Source: Bugula neritina
Lineage: Eukaryota > Animalia > Bryozoa
NCBI GenBank assembly: GCA_964035545.1
Contig: OZ037767.1
Location: 19,980,628-20,044,627, forward strand
Reading direction: 5' to 3'
Length of the DNA: 64,000 nt
Below, one piece after another: positions 35,600 through 49,300 of this stretch. A program made the translations under genes and the position numbers. The first letter of the stretch is position 1; every line of letters starts with the position of its first letter. Below the pieces are notes generated by a model. It was not told the DNA's origin. It saw only the letters and a list, made by a program, of their open reading frames with translations, and ran no database searches.

Positions 35600-36430
35600 C
35601 AATCATATGACAAGATCTTGCGAAACAAATATCTTCTGATTGTTTTAAATGAAGAATGGCCTGACCCTTTCAAATTTATTTGGATGCCTGCACCTAGGCA
35701 TATAACCAAAATAGCTGCATGTCCATCCATAGTTATACACAGAATCGGCAAACCATGGTGATGGTGTGTTTCAAGCATATGAAGTAGTAGCTCTTGTAAC
35801 GTTTGAAGCAGAAACTTGTAATAAAATAATATGCAACTAGAGCTTTCCATGAGTGACCATTTTGAACCAGTCAACATTAAAATTAGCACTTCAGTTACTT
35901 CTCTCCCAACTTCTGTTGGACCATAGTCTAAATTGGAATAACCAAGGTTAGGCAGCAGCTAAATCAACGTCGAAAACACTTTGACAGCAGCATTCAGCAT
36001 TAGTATTATAACAATGAAAAATGTATTACAATTATCAACACCAAATTAATAAACACTTCAAAAAAATATTTTTCAATAAACCTGCTAAGTGCAATGTTGT
36101 GGTTGATCTGCTTTTTTTGCAGATAGACCGGCTACAACAGCTTTGTTTATGTTTGGTTTACAATCTACAACTTGGAGCCATTTATGTAAAACATCAGCCA
36201 CTCCACATACATATGTGTAAATACATAAATAACTAATAGCATAAACTACGCTCATTGAAAAGAAATATCAGAGAAGTCCAACCCTTACCTTCTCAGTGAC
36301 CGGGAAGAAGGCAAGGTAATGTCAACTGTAAGAAGTTGATAGGTTTTTGATGAGTAATGGTGCAGTCAAGTGCAAGCTTTTTCACACACAGACTGAGTAT
36401 TTGCCACTTTTGAAAGTTAATGTATCTCCT
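35600..36430 (-). mobile_element. P-element/THAP9-like transposase relic (intron-containing)
   Basis: LHHYSSKTYQLL...LPSSRSLR (36288-36427, bounded by AG and GT), TEVLILMLTG / SWKALVAYYF and LCITMDG motifs in shifted frames. Confidence 0.7.
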
Positions 36431-37099
36431 GAAAAACCTGTAAATTTAGCAATCAGTTTTTCACAACGCTCGACACTTTGATAAACAATAATTATGATTA
36501 TGAAATAATTATAGTAGTTTGGAATCCGCCTAGCTTTTTTTCAATTCGTCATTGGTCAGATGTTTTTATTAAAACAGGTCAATGCATTCCTCCATTTTTA
36601 TTTTTGATCTTTTCTCACATTTTTGATCTTTTCTCTCATCTTAGCACTGACTCTACTGTGGGACGCCGTGGTTCACCAATTTCCTTCCTGCAAGGACAGC
36701 TTCTTCGGTGGTGTCCTTCGCTGTCACATCCCCAATAATCAGGGAAAACCTTCAACAGTAGCAGTTCTGGCCATTCGGCTACCTTCAACTGTTGGAGGCG
36801 ATTTACCTCGGCCAGCTGCTCTTTGACTAAACCTGCTGTCAAGCCTGATTCAACAGCTGCTGAAGTCGATGTGGTGGCGGCCACATAATTGAGTGTAGCT
36901 GAGTTAAATATTGGCGGTATGTTTTCTTCCTCCACCTGATGAGCATTCACTCCTGGCTGCATTGTCAGTTTGGAAATAAACATTTCCTAGCCGAAGGGCT
37001 CTCTCCATGAAATCAACATCCACGACCATTTTATCACTTTCTCACTTGTGCTATTGAAAAATACACCCTCAAAAAATACGCTATAGTAATCTATAGTAA

Positions 37100-37430
37100 C
37101 AATAACATGTGACCCATTTGGCAGTGGTCTGAGCAAATCAGCACTCAAAAATTACCATGGCTTACGTGGCATTTTAGTCATTGACAAGGGTTCTGGTGGG
37201 TTTGGTAGGCTTAATTTACAGTCAGCACAATTTCCGCAAAGTTTCTCAAACTCGTCATCCATTTTAGGCCACCACACTTTAGACCTACGTCTTCGTTTTG
37301 TTTTCACTGTGCCGTGATGCCCTTCATGTGCTAATTTCAGCACATGTTCTCTAAGTGTAACTGGTATTACTATCCTACTACCTCTGAGTAACCCGCCACT
37401 TTCACTTAAATCGATTTGCTGCATTTGATT
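37100..37430 (-). mobile_element. Gypsy integrase zinc-binding (H2C2) fragment
   Basis: LLRGSRIVIP..LREHVLKLAHEGHHG...VWWPKMD...CADC...PRKPW. Confidence 0.85.
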
Positions 37431-40344
37431 TTAATGATTCTAACACATTTCAAATTTCTTTGCCTAAACTAGAATTAGCTACCATACCATTCTAATTAAT
37501 AGCTATTGGAACTACCTCTAACATTCTGCCTAGCCTAATCATCTGCTGCTACTTCAGCGATGCTGTTTACTTTGTGGTTGAACCTCAGTGGTCGCCTAAG
37601 CACTGGTTGAGCAACTGGTGTTACTGTTTTATCTATGTGGAACTTTTTTTCACTCGTATGATTTTTGTCACACCTTAACGAAGTTTTGGAAACTTTCTAA
37701 AAATTTTTCGCTGATTTTAACCACTTACATTAGAGATGTTGCCACAAAAGACAAAAGATATAAATCTGTGGCTGTTTTACTACTGTATCTAGTAAAACTT
37801 ACAGATGATTTTAATGCAGCTTCTTTAACAATGCAATCTACCGTTTTGGCCCGGTATAAAAAGATTCGAATCTATGTTCTCTTCAATTGTTTCCATAGCA
37901 AAATAAAATTTACCATATTTTCATACGAAATAATTCTATCTGCGTAAGCTTGAAATATATAAAACTTTGCAAGTTATAACATTTTTTACAGAAATAATAT
38001 ATCATATTATTTATGTTGCCATGAAACCAGCCATAACCATGAAATATGCAGGGCTAAACTGTACTCAAATTACATAATACCATATAGCCCAGCTGGCTTA
38101 TACCTGTACAGTTTCATATTGCCATCTATATGAATCTTATGGGCAGATTCTTGGCAACATGGGCATTGGAATGCATTGCAAAGTGAGTTTGGATAACAGG
38201 ACTCTGTTTTACGCCATTCAGGAGTAAAATATGCCTCTGAAATCAATGAAAAGTGATCCATCAGCTGTTACTGGCCACAACGCCAGTTTTGTTACATCGG
38301 TCCAGTGGTTCACCATTTTCCACTGGCAACACGGGCATGTCATCAATGTTATTGATACTTACTGTGATCCTTTGAAAATAACAGCATTTAGGTAAGAAAT
38401 TGTGGAATGGCAAAAAACTAGACCCTATTTCTTGAGTTTTACTAATCGCAACAAAAACAGGTTATAGACAAGGTTTTATCTAAAAATCATGATAGCAATC
38501 ATATTTATTTATGTAAAGAAATAATAAAACACACTTGGAAAGAAAACCATTCTTCTCACTTTATAATTATTCCATAGTAGCACCAATATTTTTACTCATC
38601 TAGATTACAATTTTTCTAGTGCAATTATGTAATTAATAAATTGGTCTCTCAAAGTGAATAATGTCTATATTTTACACAACACAGTTACTGGTACAACACA
38701 ACAATAATCATGAAACTAGCGTATCAGTCAACACCACAAACTGTCTATCATTGTTTTCATTACAAAAGACTGATGCACAGAAATTAACCAATCAAGTTGT
38801 AGTATCAATCTGGTTAGCATGACCTGTGTGCATGATTAGTCAAGTTGCAGCCCACAAATTACAAATATGAAACAGCTTTAGATACATCAACAGCCTATGA
38901 ATATGCATTTTCGTAAGATGCTCAGTATTGAGTAATAGGGAAATCTACAGACGAAATGCAATAATTTGTGTGATTAAGAAGGCGGCACATTGTAAGATTG
39001 GCTATAAAGACCGTTGACAATACAAATTAAAAGCTGTTCCACAATTTGAAAATCTTCAGTTCTTTCTGGTACATAGCAAAATAAAATTTACCATATTTTC
39101 ATAAGAAATAACCCTATCGGCCTAAACTTGAAATATATAAAACTTTGTAAGGTATAACAGTTCAACATTTTTACAGAGATAGCATATTATTTTTGTTGCC
39201 ATGAAACGGCGATAGCTATAAAATATGCAGAGCTAAACTGCACTCAAATTCCATAATACGATACCTCCCAGCTGGTTTGTACCTATTCAGTTTCATGTTT
39301 CCATCTATATGACTTGTATGGGCAGATTCTTGGCAACATGGACATTGGAATGCATTGCAAAGTGAGTTTAGATAACAGGACTCTGCTTTACGCCATTCAG
39401 AAGCAAAATATGCTGCTGAAATCAATGAAAAGTGATCCATCAGCTGTTACTGGCCACAACGCCAGTTTTGTCAGCTCTGTCCAGTGCTTCACAATTTTCC
39501 ACTGAAAACACGGGCATGTCATCAATGTTATTGATACTAACTGTAATCCTTAAAAAAGCAGCATTTAGGTAAGAAATTGTGGAATAGCAAACTGTCTATC
39601 ATTGTTTTCATTACAAAAAAGCTGATGCACAGAAATTAACGAATCAAGTTGTAGTATCAATCTGGTTATCATGACCTGTGTGCATGATCACTCAAGTTAC
39701 AGCCCACAAATTACAAATATGAAACAGCTTTAGATACACCAACAGCCTATGACTTTGCATTTTCATAAAAGATACTCAGTAATGAGAAATTTACAGACCA
39801 AAAGCAATAGTTTGTGTGATAAAAAGGTGACAAATTATAGGATTGGCTATAAAGACCATTGTCAATAAAAATTAAAAGTTGTTCTGCTACTGTAAAATCT
39901 TCAGTTCTCTCTGGTACATAGAAAAATAAAATTTACCATGTTTTTATAAGAAATAATTCTAACTGCTTAAACTTGAAATATATAGAACTTTGTAAGGTAT
40001 AATGGTTCAACATTTTTACAGAAATAGTATATCGTATTATTTGTGTTGCCATGAAACGGCCATAACCATAAAATATGCAGACCTAAACTGCACTCAAATT
40101 ACATAATACGATACCACCCAGCTGACTTGTACCTGTAAAGTTTCATATTCCCATGTATATGAATTGTATGGGCAGATTCTTAGCAATACGGACATTGGAA
40201 TGCATTGCAAAGTGAGTTTAGATAACAGGACTCTGCTTTACGCCATTCAATAATAACATATGCTGCTGAAATCAATAAAAAGTGATCCATCAGCTGTTAC
40301 TGGCCACAATGCCAGTTTTGTCAAATCTGTCCAGTGCTTCACAA

Positions 40345-40630
40345 TTTTTCAACAAAGGCGATCCACAAGTTCCTCCCTCTCTTCTTTGCATCCTCAATAC
40401 AACTCCGAAGTATCAGAGCATTCATGAATATTCCGTCTCCTTTGCGGAAGCCCTTTTGTCTCTTTGAAATAGGTAAGAGCCTCTCTAATCTTCTTCCCAG
40501 TATGCTATGCAACACCCTAGCAAAAACTGAGTTAACCGTGATTGTCTGAATTCGCTAGGGTCCTGCGTGCCTACAACCTTAGGTACTAGGGTTGTCCTTC
40601 CCTCGCAGATAGCTGACGGCATTTTTCCTG
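40345..40630 (-). mobile_element. R2 RT fragment related to the 56.5-57.9 kb copy
   Basis: GKMPSAICEGRTTLVPKVVGTQDPSEFR and, after a frameshift, QKGFRKGDGIFMNALIL. Confidence 0.85.
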
Positions 40631-40639
40631 TTCCTGCTG

Positions 40640-41400
40640 CGATTTTTAGGCTAACCTCCCTTATGCACGTAGTTGTATTACCATCCAAAATTGTCGCAAT
40701 TTTTGGCGCAGAACTATATTTTTCTTCCAACAAGTGAACATTTGAGCTGACTACAGATTGCTGGCACCCATCATCAACCAATGATTTGAATGTTGCACTA
40801 TGTATTAGAAGATTTATCATAGAAATAAGCGTCTCTAATGCTGTGATGCTGGGTGACAGTCTATCTCTTTTGTTATTGGCACCATCACGAGAAATGCAAC
40901 CCAACCCTAAGCAAATAAAGCACTTTGACCTTTTTTTTTACATCTTGTCTTCTACCAGCACAAATGTCGAACATGGCCCTTTTTTGCTCACAACTTCAAG
41001 CAACTCCAACCTACTGACAATCACTGACAGTTTTAAACTCATGGCTACATCAGCTGGTAGCCCAGACACAAAAGCGCACCTCAGCAGAGAATCTGCATTT
41101 TTCTGTCCCATCAAGCAAACCAACCCTATCAAATATGCACTCACCTTCCATCAGAGTTCTGCCTTTCAATTGCTCATATGATGAGAAGGCATCAATACTA
41201 AAAGCTTTTCAGTTTTTTTATAGTCTGCCTTCACCTTTGCACTCAGCTGCTGATAAACTGCAAAAGCAGGCCCTGCTAGGAACAGAGGCAGTAATTTCAA
41301 TATATTCGCTGACCCTCCCTGTAGCTCTGCCACCAGCTCCAATTTCTCAATCCACACAAAGAACTCTCTACTCACGTTTTGATCTTCATAGTTTTTTTTA
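40640..41400 (-). mobile_element. Gypsy-type gag/retropepsin relic
   Basis: FFVWIEKLELVA...LPLFLAGPAFAVYQQL gag-like segment; LVDDGCQQS resembles the protease D(S/T)G motif. Confidence 0.6.
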
Positions 41401-43079
41401 TTATATCCGAGTATTTAAAACTTTTAGCCATTGTGCCAAATTAGCTTGTAATTATTGAATTGATTTTTCAAAGTGAATAATATCTATATTTTACACAACA
41501 CAGTTACTAGTACAGCACAACAATAGTCATAAAATTGGCGTATCAGTCAACACCACCAACTGTCTATCATCGTTTTTATAACAGAAGACTTATGCACAAA
41601 AATTAACCGATCAAGTTGTAGTATCTATCTCGTTAGCATGACCTGTGTGCATGATCAGTCAAGTTACAGCCCACAAATTACAAATATGAATCAACTTTAG
41701 ATACATTAACAGATTATAAGTTTGCCTTTTCATAAGATACTCAGTATTGAGTAATAGGGAAATCTACAGACGAAATGCAATAATTTGTGTGATTAAGAAG
41801 GCGGCACATTGTAAGATTGGCTATAAAGACCGTTGACAATACAAATTAAAAGCTGTTCCACAATTTGAAAATCTTCAGTTCTTTCTGGTACATAGCAAAA
41901 TAAAATTTGCCATATTTTCATAAGAAATAATTCTATCGGCCTAAACTTGAAATATATAAAACTTTGTAAGGTATAACAGTTCAACATTTTTACAGAAATA
42001 GTATATCATATTATTTTTGTTGCCATGAAACGGCGATAACCATAAAATATGCAGAGCTAAACTGCACTCAAATTCCATAATACGATACCTCCCAGCTGGT
42101 TTGTACCTATTCAGTTTCATGTTTCCATCTATATGACTTGTATGGGCAGATTCTTGGCAACATAGATATTGGAATGCATTGCAAAGTGAGTTTAGATAAC
42201 AGGACTCTGCTTTACGCCATTCAGAAATAAAATATGCTGCTAAAATCAATAAAAAATGATCCATCAGCTGTTACTGGCCACAGCGCCAGTTTTGTCAAAT
42301 CCTTCCAGTGCTTCACAATTTTCCACTGGCAACACCGGCATTTCAGCAATATTATTGATACTGACTGTAATCCTTTAAGGAAAAAAATCGCAGAATTTAG
42401 GTAAGAAATTGTGGAATGGGAAAAAAAATTAACCTTATTTCTTGGGTTTTACTAATCACAAAAACAGGTTATAGACAGGGTTTTATTTAAAAATCATGAT
42501 AGCAATCATATTTTATCCATGGCCACAAACAATGGAATACACCTGGAAAAAAAAACATTCTTCACACTTTAAAATTATTCGATAGTAGCACCAATATTTC
42601 TACCCACTTAGATTACAAGTTATCTAGTTTGATTACAAATATGAAACAGCTTTAGATACACCAACAGCCTATAAATTGGCATTTTCATAAAATATGCTCA
42701 GTATTGAGTAGTAGAGAAATTTACAGACCAAAAGCAATGATTTGTGTGATAACGCATGTGACACATTATGAAATAGGCTAAAAAGACCATTGACAATACA
42801 AATTAAAAGTTGTACCGCAGCTTTCAAATCTTCTTCAGTTCTATCTGGTAGTAATATGATGGATAGTTGAAATATAACCCAAAAAGACACTAGCTTGTAC
42901 TAAAGATAATACCAATATGTGGAAGATGAACTTTATATTAGGCAAAATACTATTTAGTATTGAAATAACATCCAAGTTAATTGGTAACCCAGTTGTTAGA
43001 TCACTGTTGCAGCTCAGACAGTTGTAGATAAGCACTTAGCATAGCCATTAAAACATACCCAGTAACCTTAGCAGTATGT

Positions 43080-44060
43080 GCAGCACGCTTCATATCAGCA
43101 TCAAAACAACCAATCATGTTCAACTGTTTATCACTGCCATAAGCATACAAAGCCTCGCTTATTTACTTCAGCGTATTTTTGTCCCTAATTCTATTATATG
43201 CAGGCGAGTTTATGATACTGTTATATGTTCCTGCGTCAATTGAAAATGGAATAATCTCACCTAAAACAGTCACTCCACATTTTACTATTTCCAATTTTTC
43301 CTTCACAGCGAACGTATCCTCCTTTATCTCTTCTACTTTTCCCACTGGATAGTTGTGCTTTTAAAGCTTGGACCTGGCAAAATATTTTTTCCTGTTGCAG
43401 TCTTGCATGTTCTATCTTTTGCTGGACAACTGTTACTACTCGACATATGTATGGTTTTAGAGCACATGTAGCAAAATGCTTGACTCTTGCTATTATTCTC
43501 GCTATGCTTAGGTCTTGCTCCACTATTGACCTATTTCTCACGATTGAACAGTTTCCGGTTCACTGTTGAACTTCACACAGCCCATTTTCTCATCAACTCC
43601 AACTTGCAGTGCAACATCTTTCACCGCTTGTAGCTTGGATTGCTCTTATGCTGCCATAGCAGTTATTTTCTCTCTAATTATCTTGTTTTGCACCTATATT
43701 ATAAAGTTTTCAAGCAAATTGTCATGTAGAAAATTTCCAAAATCACATGATATAGCTTGTGCTCTCTCACTGAATCATTTGGTGATTTCTTGACTTCTCT
43801 AAACTTTGCCCTCAACCATTTTACTTGTCACTGTACCATAGTCTCTCTTTAGCTGTTGTATTAGATCGTCATAGCTAACATCCTGTGGCATTACTGTCGA
43901 TTCCGAGTCTGTCAAGTCTCATGTTGACTTTCTGAAAGTCTCATATAATCAGTACTTGCTTCTTCAATTTATCATCTGTATTTTTGTACGAGAAAATAAC
44001 TTTTTAACCTCTGCGTGTAATGTTCTACCTTTCCATTAAACTTTAGTATGGATCCAGTAG
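43080..44060 (-). mobile_element. Gypsy-type gag-protease relic
   Basis: IPFSIDAGTYNSII protease-like motif (43163-43345); Cys/His knuckle remnants upstream. Confidence 0.55.
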
Positions 44061-44099
44061 CCATTTAAAAATCTTGAGCTGCCATTATTTTATTATCAT

Positions 44100-46365
44100 C
44101 GACGCCGGTTTTATGTTGAAGGCCTGACACCTCCTTAGCGAATTTACGTACGGGGTCGATGTCGTATTTTTTAACCCTATCCTGATATGGTACTCTGAGT
44201 TTCACATTGTCTGATGTAATGCCAATATCTAAAATCCTGACTAGGTCTGAATTTTCTTTCTGTCAATATAGAAGATCGGGTTTTAGAAGCCCTCTCTCGG
44301 TCCTAATGTGAGGTTCCCACAATACTTCATATCCCAACTCCATCAATCTTTTTTGCGCAAATTCACATACTTTATTATGCCGCTGTATTCTTGGGCTATG
44401 AGATCTGGGGCACACCTGAAGAATGTGTCCGAGTGTATGAGGTCTATCGGGGCACACTGGACAGAAGATGCTTGCCTGGCGGCACATCCTATGCTTCAGC
44501 TGTCCGGTTAGGAGAAGATTATAGCGTAAATGGTTTACACGTATAAAATCCCTCCCCGACAGGATCCTAGTTGGTTCTCTAGCCCACCTGTGGGCTTCCG
44601 GGACGTCCCGATGGTTCAGGAGCCCTTTCCCATCTACTGAAAGGTCCAGTTTCTTTCTCCAGATGTCGACTAAACTATCCTTGGTTGAAATAGTCTTTTT
44701 TGCAATTACAGGCGCGGCCAAATCTTTTAGTTCTAACAACACACTTACCGTGGGGTCATCGGAGTCTGTGAGTCTGCACATCCTCTGATGTTTTAGCATT
44801 GGAATTAGATATTTAAGGGACGGCACCCCAAGCCCTCCGTCCTTAATGCTAGCGTATGGAAACGCGCTGGACACTGCTGCTTGACTTTGAGCCATTTTTT
44901 CACCGATGAGCGTATATGGTAGTCCAATGCACTTAGCGACTTGAAAGATGGCTCAAGTAATACCAATTGATGATAAAACTTGGGCAAAAAGTGCTCCCTC
45001 AAAAGAAATAATCTCTGCTGTGGCTTTAGTGGCGCTCGAGACGGCCTCTCTAGTCCGATGGTGATCTCTTTCCTAGGGTTTGACTCCTCTAGCTTCACAC
45101 CGACTTGGGCGCCTAGATAGCGGTAAGTATCCGTGATGGATACAGCCGGCACCTCGACCCCGTCCACTGCCAAAAACGGCTTGCTGTCCGAGAACCACTT
45201 GCCTCTTCTTGCACCAATGCTAATAGTGGCACTCTTACTTGGGTTTGCTTCAAACCCTGCTTTCCCTAACTCACTAATTAGAAGCTCTGTATTGACACCC
45301 AGGCCCTCCTTACTTTCGTCAAAAAGGACAATGTCATCAGCGAAAGCCATGTATGTGACTCTGTCGTCACCGATCTTATACCCAATGTTACTGTTGAGTT
45401 TTTGGACGCAAAAATCAATTACAGCATTGAACAGGTGCACTGACATAGGGTCACCTTGCTTGATCCCTCTCTTAGATGTTATACTACCAGACAATGTGTC
45501 CCCGGGCACCAGTTTCATACTACTCCTTGAGTAAAATTTTGAGTAGTACCCAACTAAATGATCTGGGACACCCAGCCGCTTACAAGCAGTCCATAGTGCA
45601 CTGTGTCCAACGCTGTCAAAGACTTTGCGCATATTCAGAAATGCAAGTCGGAGGCTTCGACATTTGAATCTAGCATCACTAATGCATTTCTGCAGGAGTA
45701 TAGAATTAAAGTAAATTCCATCCACCTGTCTCTTGATGGCGACTAGTTCCTCCTTGATTTTGAGATTTAGTGAATCTTCGACTGGTTGCGTTTCGGGCAT
45801 ATTGTCGGCTCTAGCATATTCTTCAGCAAGTAGCTCAGAATATCTGACCTTTTTATTTCTCTGACCCTTGATCGCTTCAATTGTGTCCTCAGGAAAGCAT
45901 ACCTGCAGTTCCTGATTGATATGCTGTACTCCTTGCTGTCGAAGCTTCACCTCCTCTCTAGCCAATCTTATCAACATTCCGTCGTCCCATCTCAACTTCC
46001 TCACCTCTCTTCCAGCCTCTCCCTGATAACGTTCTTCGTGGGTTCTCCTAAAGTGGAGAGAGAGTCCACGCAGGGAGCTATACGCTGAGCCACATGGGGT
46101 GCACTGGTAGAAAGTGCATACTTGACAGATGAAAGGTCTGTCAGCGCCCCAATCTGAATACTTTGGAACTTCGACAAAATTAATCGCTGTGTTCCTGTTC
46201 GTTCTGGTCAAACAACTACAGTTGCCACACTGCTGCAGTGGGCACACATCTGAGTCAACAGAGGTAGAAGCCCCAGTGGGGGTTTCGTTACGCCTGGTTT
46301 TTGGTGGCATGTCCTCTGGAATGAAAAATCTCGGTTCTAAAAAGAAAAGGAGAAAAAGGCGAACT
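44100..46365 (-). mobile_element. R2 lineage A copy 2 (ZnF, Myb, internally deleted RT, REL)
   Basis: ORFs 44805-46310 and 44263-44895: CCHH, RWDDGMLIRLAREE Myb, GIKQGDPMS, MAFADD, CPVC..HILQVC, RHN, KPDL. Clearly homologous to 28.3-30.9 kb. Confidence 0.92.
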
Positions 46366-49300
46366 AATTCGTGACGCCATTAATTTGCTGATACTTTGGA
46401 TGAAACGACGATTTATTGTACTAGGCGTTGGTCAACCTGTACGCTCCTATAATCACGGTACTCCTAGGCTAATGGAAGGCCCAGTCGCCTTCTCAGTAGA
46501 TTCAGCGTCGAAGAAAGCAGTGTACCGGGTGCCTGTTCCCACTAGTGCAACGGGGAGGCAGAACGGACCTCCGGATCACACCCAATTTCATGCATCTAAT
46601 GCTCCACCCGGAGCGCGCGCATATGTAACCGTTGGGTGATCACGTCTCCTTTTGGGCACTTTTTCGCCTCAGCTTGGCGTTGGGCTACGTGCTCAGCAAG
46701 CCCTTTCCACTCTTGACAAAGAGCTTCATCTCACACGGGGTGCGCGATGCAAGAGCATAGCTGGGGATAACCAACGCCCCACGCATATCCACATGGGCAG
46801 ATGCGCCGGGTCTGGACCCCCAGAATCTTCCGCCACTATCCTCCTCCATAGTTTGTCCACATGCGCCAGATTAACCATCCACCTGACAGAGTGCGTAGTG
46901 AGATGATGACAAAATCACATACAGTGAAACCTATCGCCCGCAGAAAACCCGCGCTTGCTAGGCTCACTGCTCCTCTCCAGTTGAGGATCGTACTTCCAAA
47001 TTGCCAGGTGGCCTCTTCGCACAATCCTCTGCACCATTGACGAATCTCCGGGCAGTCATAATACCTGATATTTTCTTGATAGGCCCTATCGGGATCCCAT
47101 CCATCTCCCGTGATGGCAACATCACACACAATTGCTTGGTCACCCCTCCAAGCCACAAGATCAGGTTTGTGAAAAGTCTGATGGTAAGGGATGATTGGTT
47201 CCTCTAGCACGGAGAAACGTAATCTGCGCAACCTTTCAGAGACATACTTGGCCACGTGGTTGTGCCGTTTAATACGTGACCCATGTGAGCGAGAGCAAGT
47301 TTGTAGTATATGACCTAGTGTGGCCGTATGGTTTGGGCCACAGGTCAAACATTTGTCTGAGTGATCGCGATCTATCCGATGCTTCCTGCTCGGCGTAACT
47401 ACAAGGTTCGCTCTCAAGAGAGTTCCCCTTACATACTCTGCACCACTGACAAGTTCGACACTGTCGGATAAGACCCGAGCATGAGCTTTTGGTACTAGGT
47501 TGTGGTGGACCAGGCCACAACCACCCGCCGACTCATGGAGTTTCTCCTCCCAGCTTTTGACTCTAGGCGGCACCCTTTGATCCAGGGCATTTGACCTATT
47601 CAGAGATTGAACTCGACCCGAGCGTAGGAACGCAAAATTGCGTTCCCCACCGACTTTCGTGAAGGAGCCAATGGGAAACACTATCCTCGTACCTCATGAA
47701 CTGCCGAAGCCTTCTCTTGCATAGTTCATGAATTTCCAGGAATGAGGGGATATTTGATCCGCCACTCTTACTGCAGGCGTGGAACAAGCCCTTCGGTGAG
47801 CTGTGTGGTAGGTGTAACCACCTCGACACAGCTCTCCGCCCCAAAACATCTAGTCTCACGAGTAGGCTCTTCGTGGGATCCCCCAAGACAAGGCTGTGAG
47901 TGAGCCTTGGCAGCAGATGCGTTCTAAGGATCTTCATGCGTTGCTGAAGTTCAAGTGGTGCAGAAGAAATATTCTGCAACCACTTCGTGATGGATTCGGT
48001 ACAAGCGCTATACAGCTCCCTCCTCTCATCACGCCTAGAAGTACCGACACGAATGCCAAGGTACTTATAGGTCTCCCCAGCAGCGAGCGATGGTCTGGCT
48101 TGATCCTTGACGCTTAGAATGGATGGGTGAACCACCCACCTCCTGCCTGCTTTTTGCTTATAGACACTAATGTCCACAGGGGCGCACTTCCTTGGGTTCA
48201 CCTCCAAACCTACCCTACCCTACTGAGATGCTCGGTGTACGCAGTAAGAAGCCTCTGCAAATTCCGTGAGTTCTCAGCAAGAAGAACTACGTCGTCCGCA
48301 AAAGCCATGTGGTTTACTCTGACTTCCCCGTTTAACTCAACTCCCAGGGAAGAGTCTAGTTTCTTGACACAACTGTCAATGACAAGATTGAACAAGAAAC
48401 AACTGAGAGGGTCACCCTGCTTAACACCCTGTCGTACCTGGATCGGATCGCAAGCATGTTCGCGTGTAGGTAATCGACTAGGGGAGCAGGGACACCCGCA
48501 CTAGGCAAGACGTTGAAGATCGAAGCATGACTCACAGAGTCAAACGCCTTTTTAACATCTACATAGCAAACACTAAGAAGGCGCAACTTAGCTGGATCAT
48601 TGCGCTCTCTAATGATTGCTTGTAGCAGAGAGACATTGGTACCCACACCGTCACCTGGCCTAAAGCCCCTTGGCATTTCGGAGATCAGAACAAAGTTCTC
48701 GAATCTCCGAGCCAATATCCTGTGGTAGAGTCTGGTGAGACAGCTAGTGACAGTAATGGGCCAGAAGGCTGCCGGGTCATTACTACCCTGTACCTTAGGT
48801 ATCAGGGTAGTAAGCCCTTCCTTTAATGCTGTTGGCGCACGCGTCACTGCCATCCAGATGTTGAACAAACAGGCTAGGCGCTCACTGGCAACCCCTTTGA
48901 CCTGACTTCAGGACAACCTATCCGGACCCACTACGCCCTTAACGCCTCTGAGAGCTCGTGTAACTTCATCAGATGTAATGATACACCAATGTATCCTGTT
49001 CGCTTCCTTTGCTGAGCAACTCCCGCCAGAATGGCAAGACGTCCTTAAGTGCAGGGCCTTTCGTTGAACACCTCCAAGTATCATCCATGACTTTTTTGAC
49101 TGTCTTGCTACAGTCATCTTTATAACTCTTTTGGAGCTTCGCGTACTCGCGGCGTTTTCGCAGCTTTCCGCTCAGCCCCTCCAGAGATACTGTCTTCGGT
49201 GTTCGTTTGAAAGTTTGAGGTGTTGTCCTGGCAGGAAACAACACCCTCTGCAACAAATCCACAGCACCCTGTGGATTGTTCTCCAGTTGAGGCTTGATGG

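Larger units (their letters stand above)
37880..42850 (-). mobile_element. Tandemly amplified ~0.8-1.2 kb unit of a KDZ/Zisupton-like transposase fragment (4 copies plus a partial), interrupted by other TE pieces
   Basis: CPCCQESAHxxHIDGNMKLYRYK motif at ~38100, ~39290, ~40140 and ~42110, with shared flanking sequence. Confidence 0.65.

Noticed and set aside
35150-35600. Possible hAT dimerisation-domain relic on the minus strand
   Set aside because: Only faint motif resemblance across frameshifts; excluded from the orientation count.
46385-46412. Hammerhead-like CTGA...GAAA
   Set aside because: Core reads CTGATAC rather than CTGANGA and convincing flanking stems are lacking.
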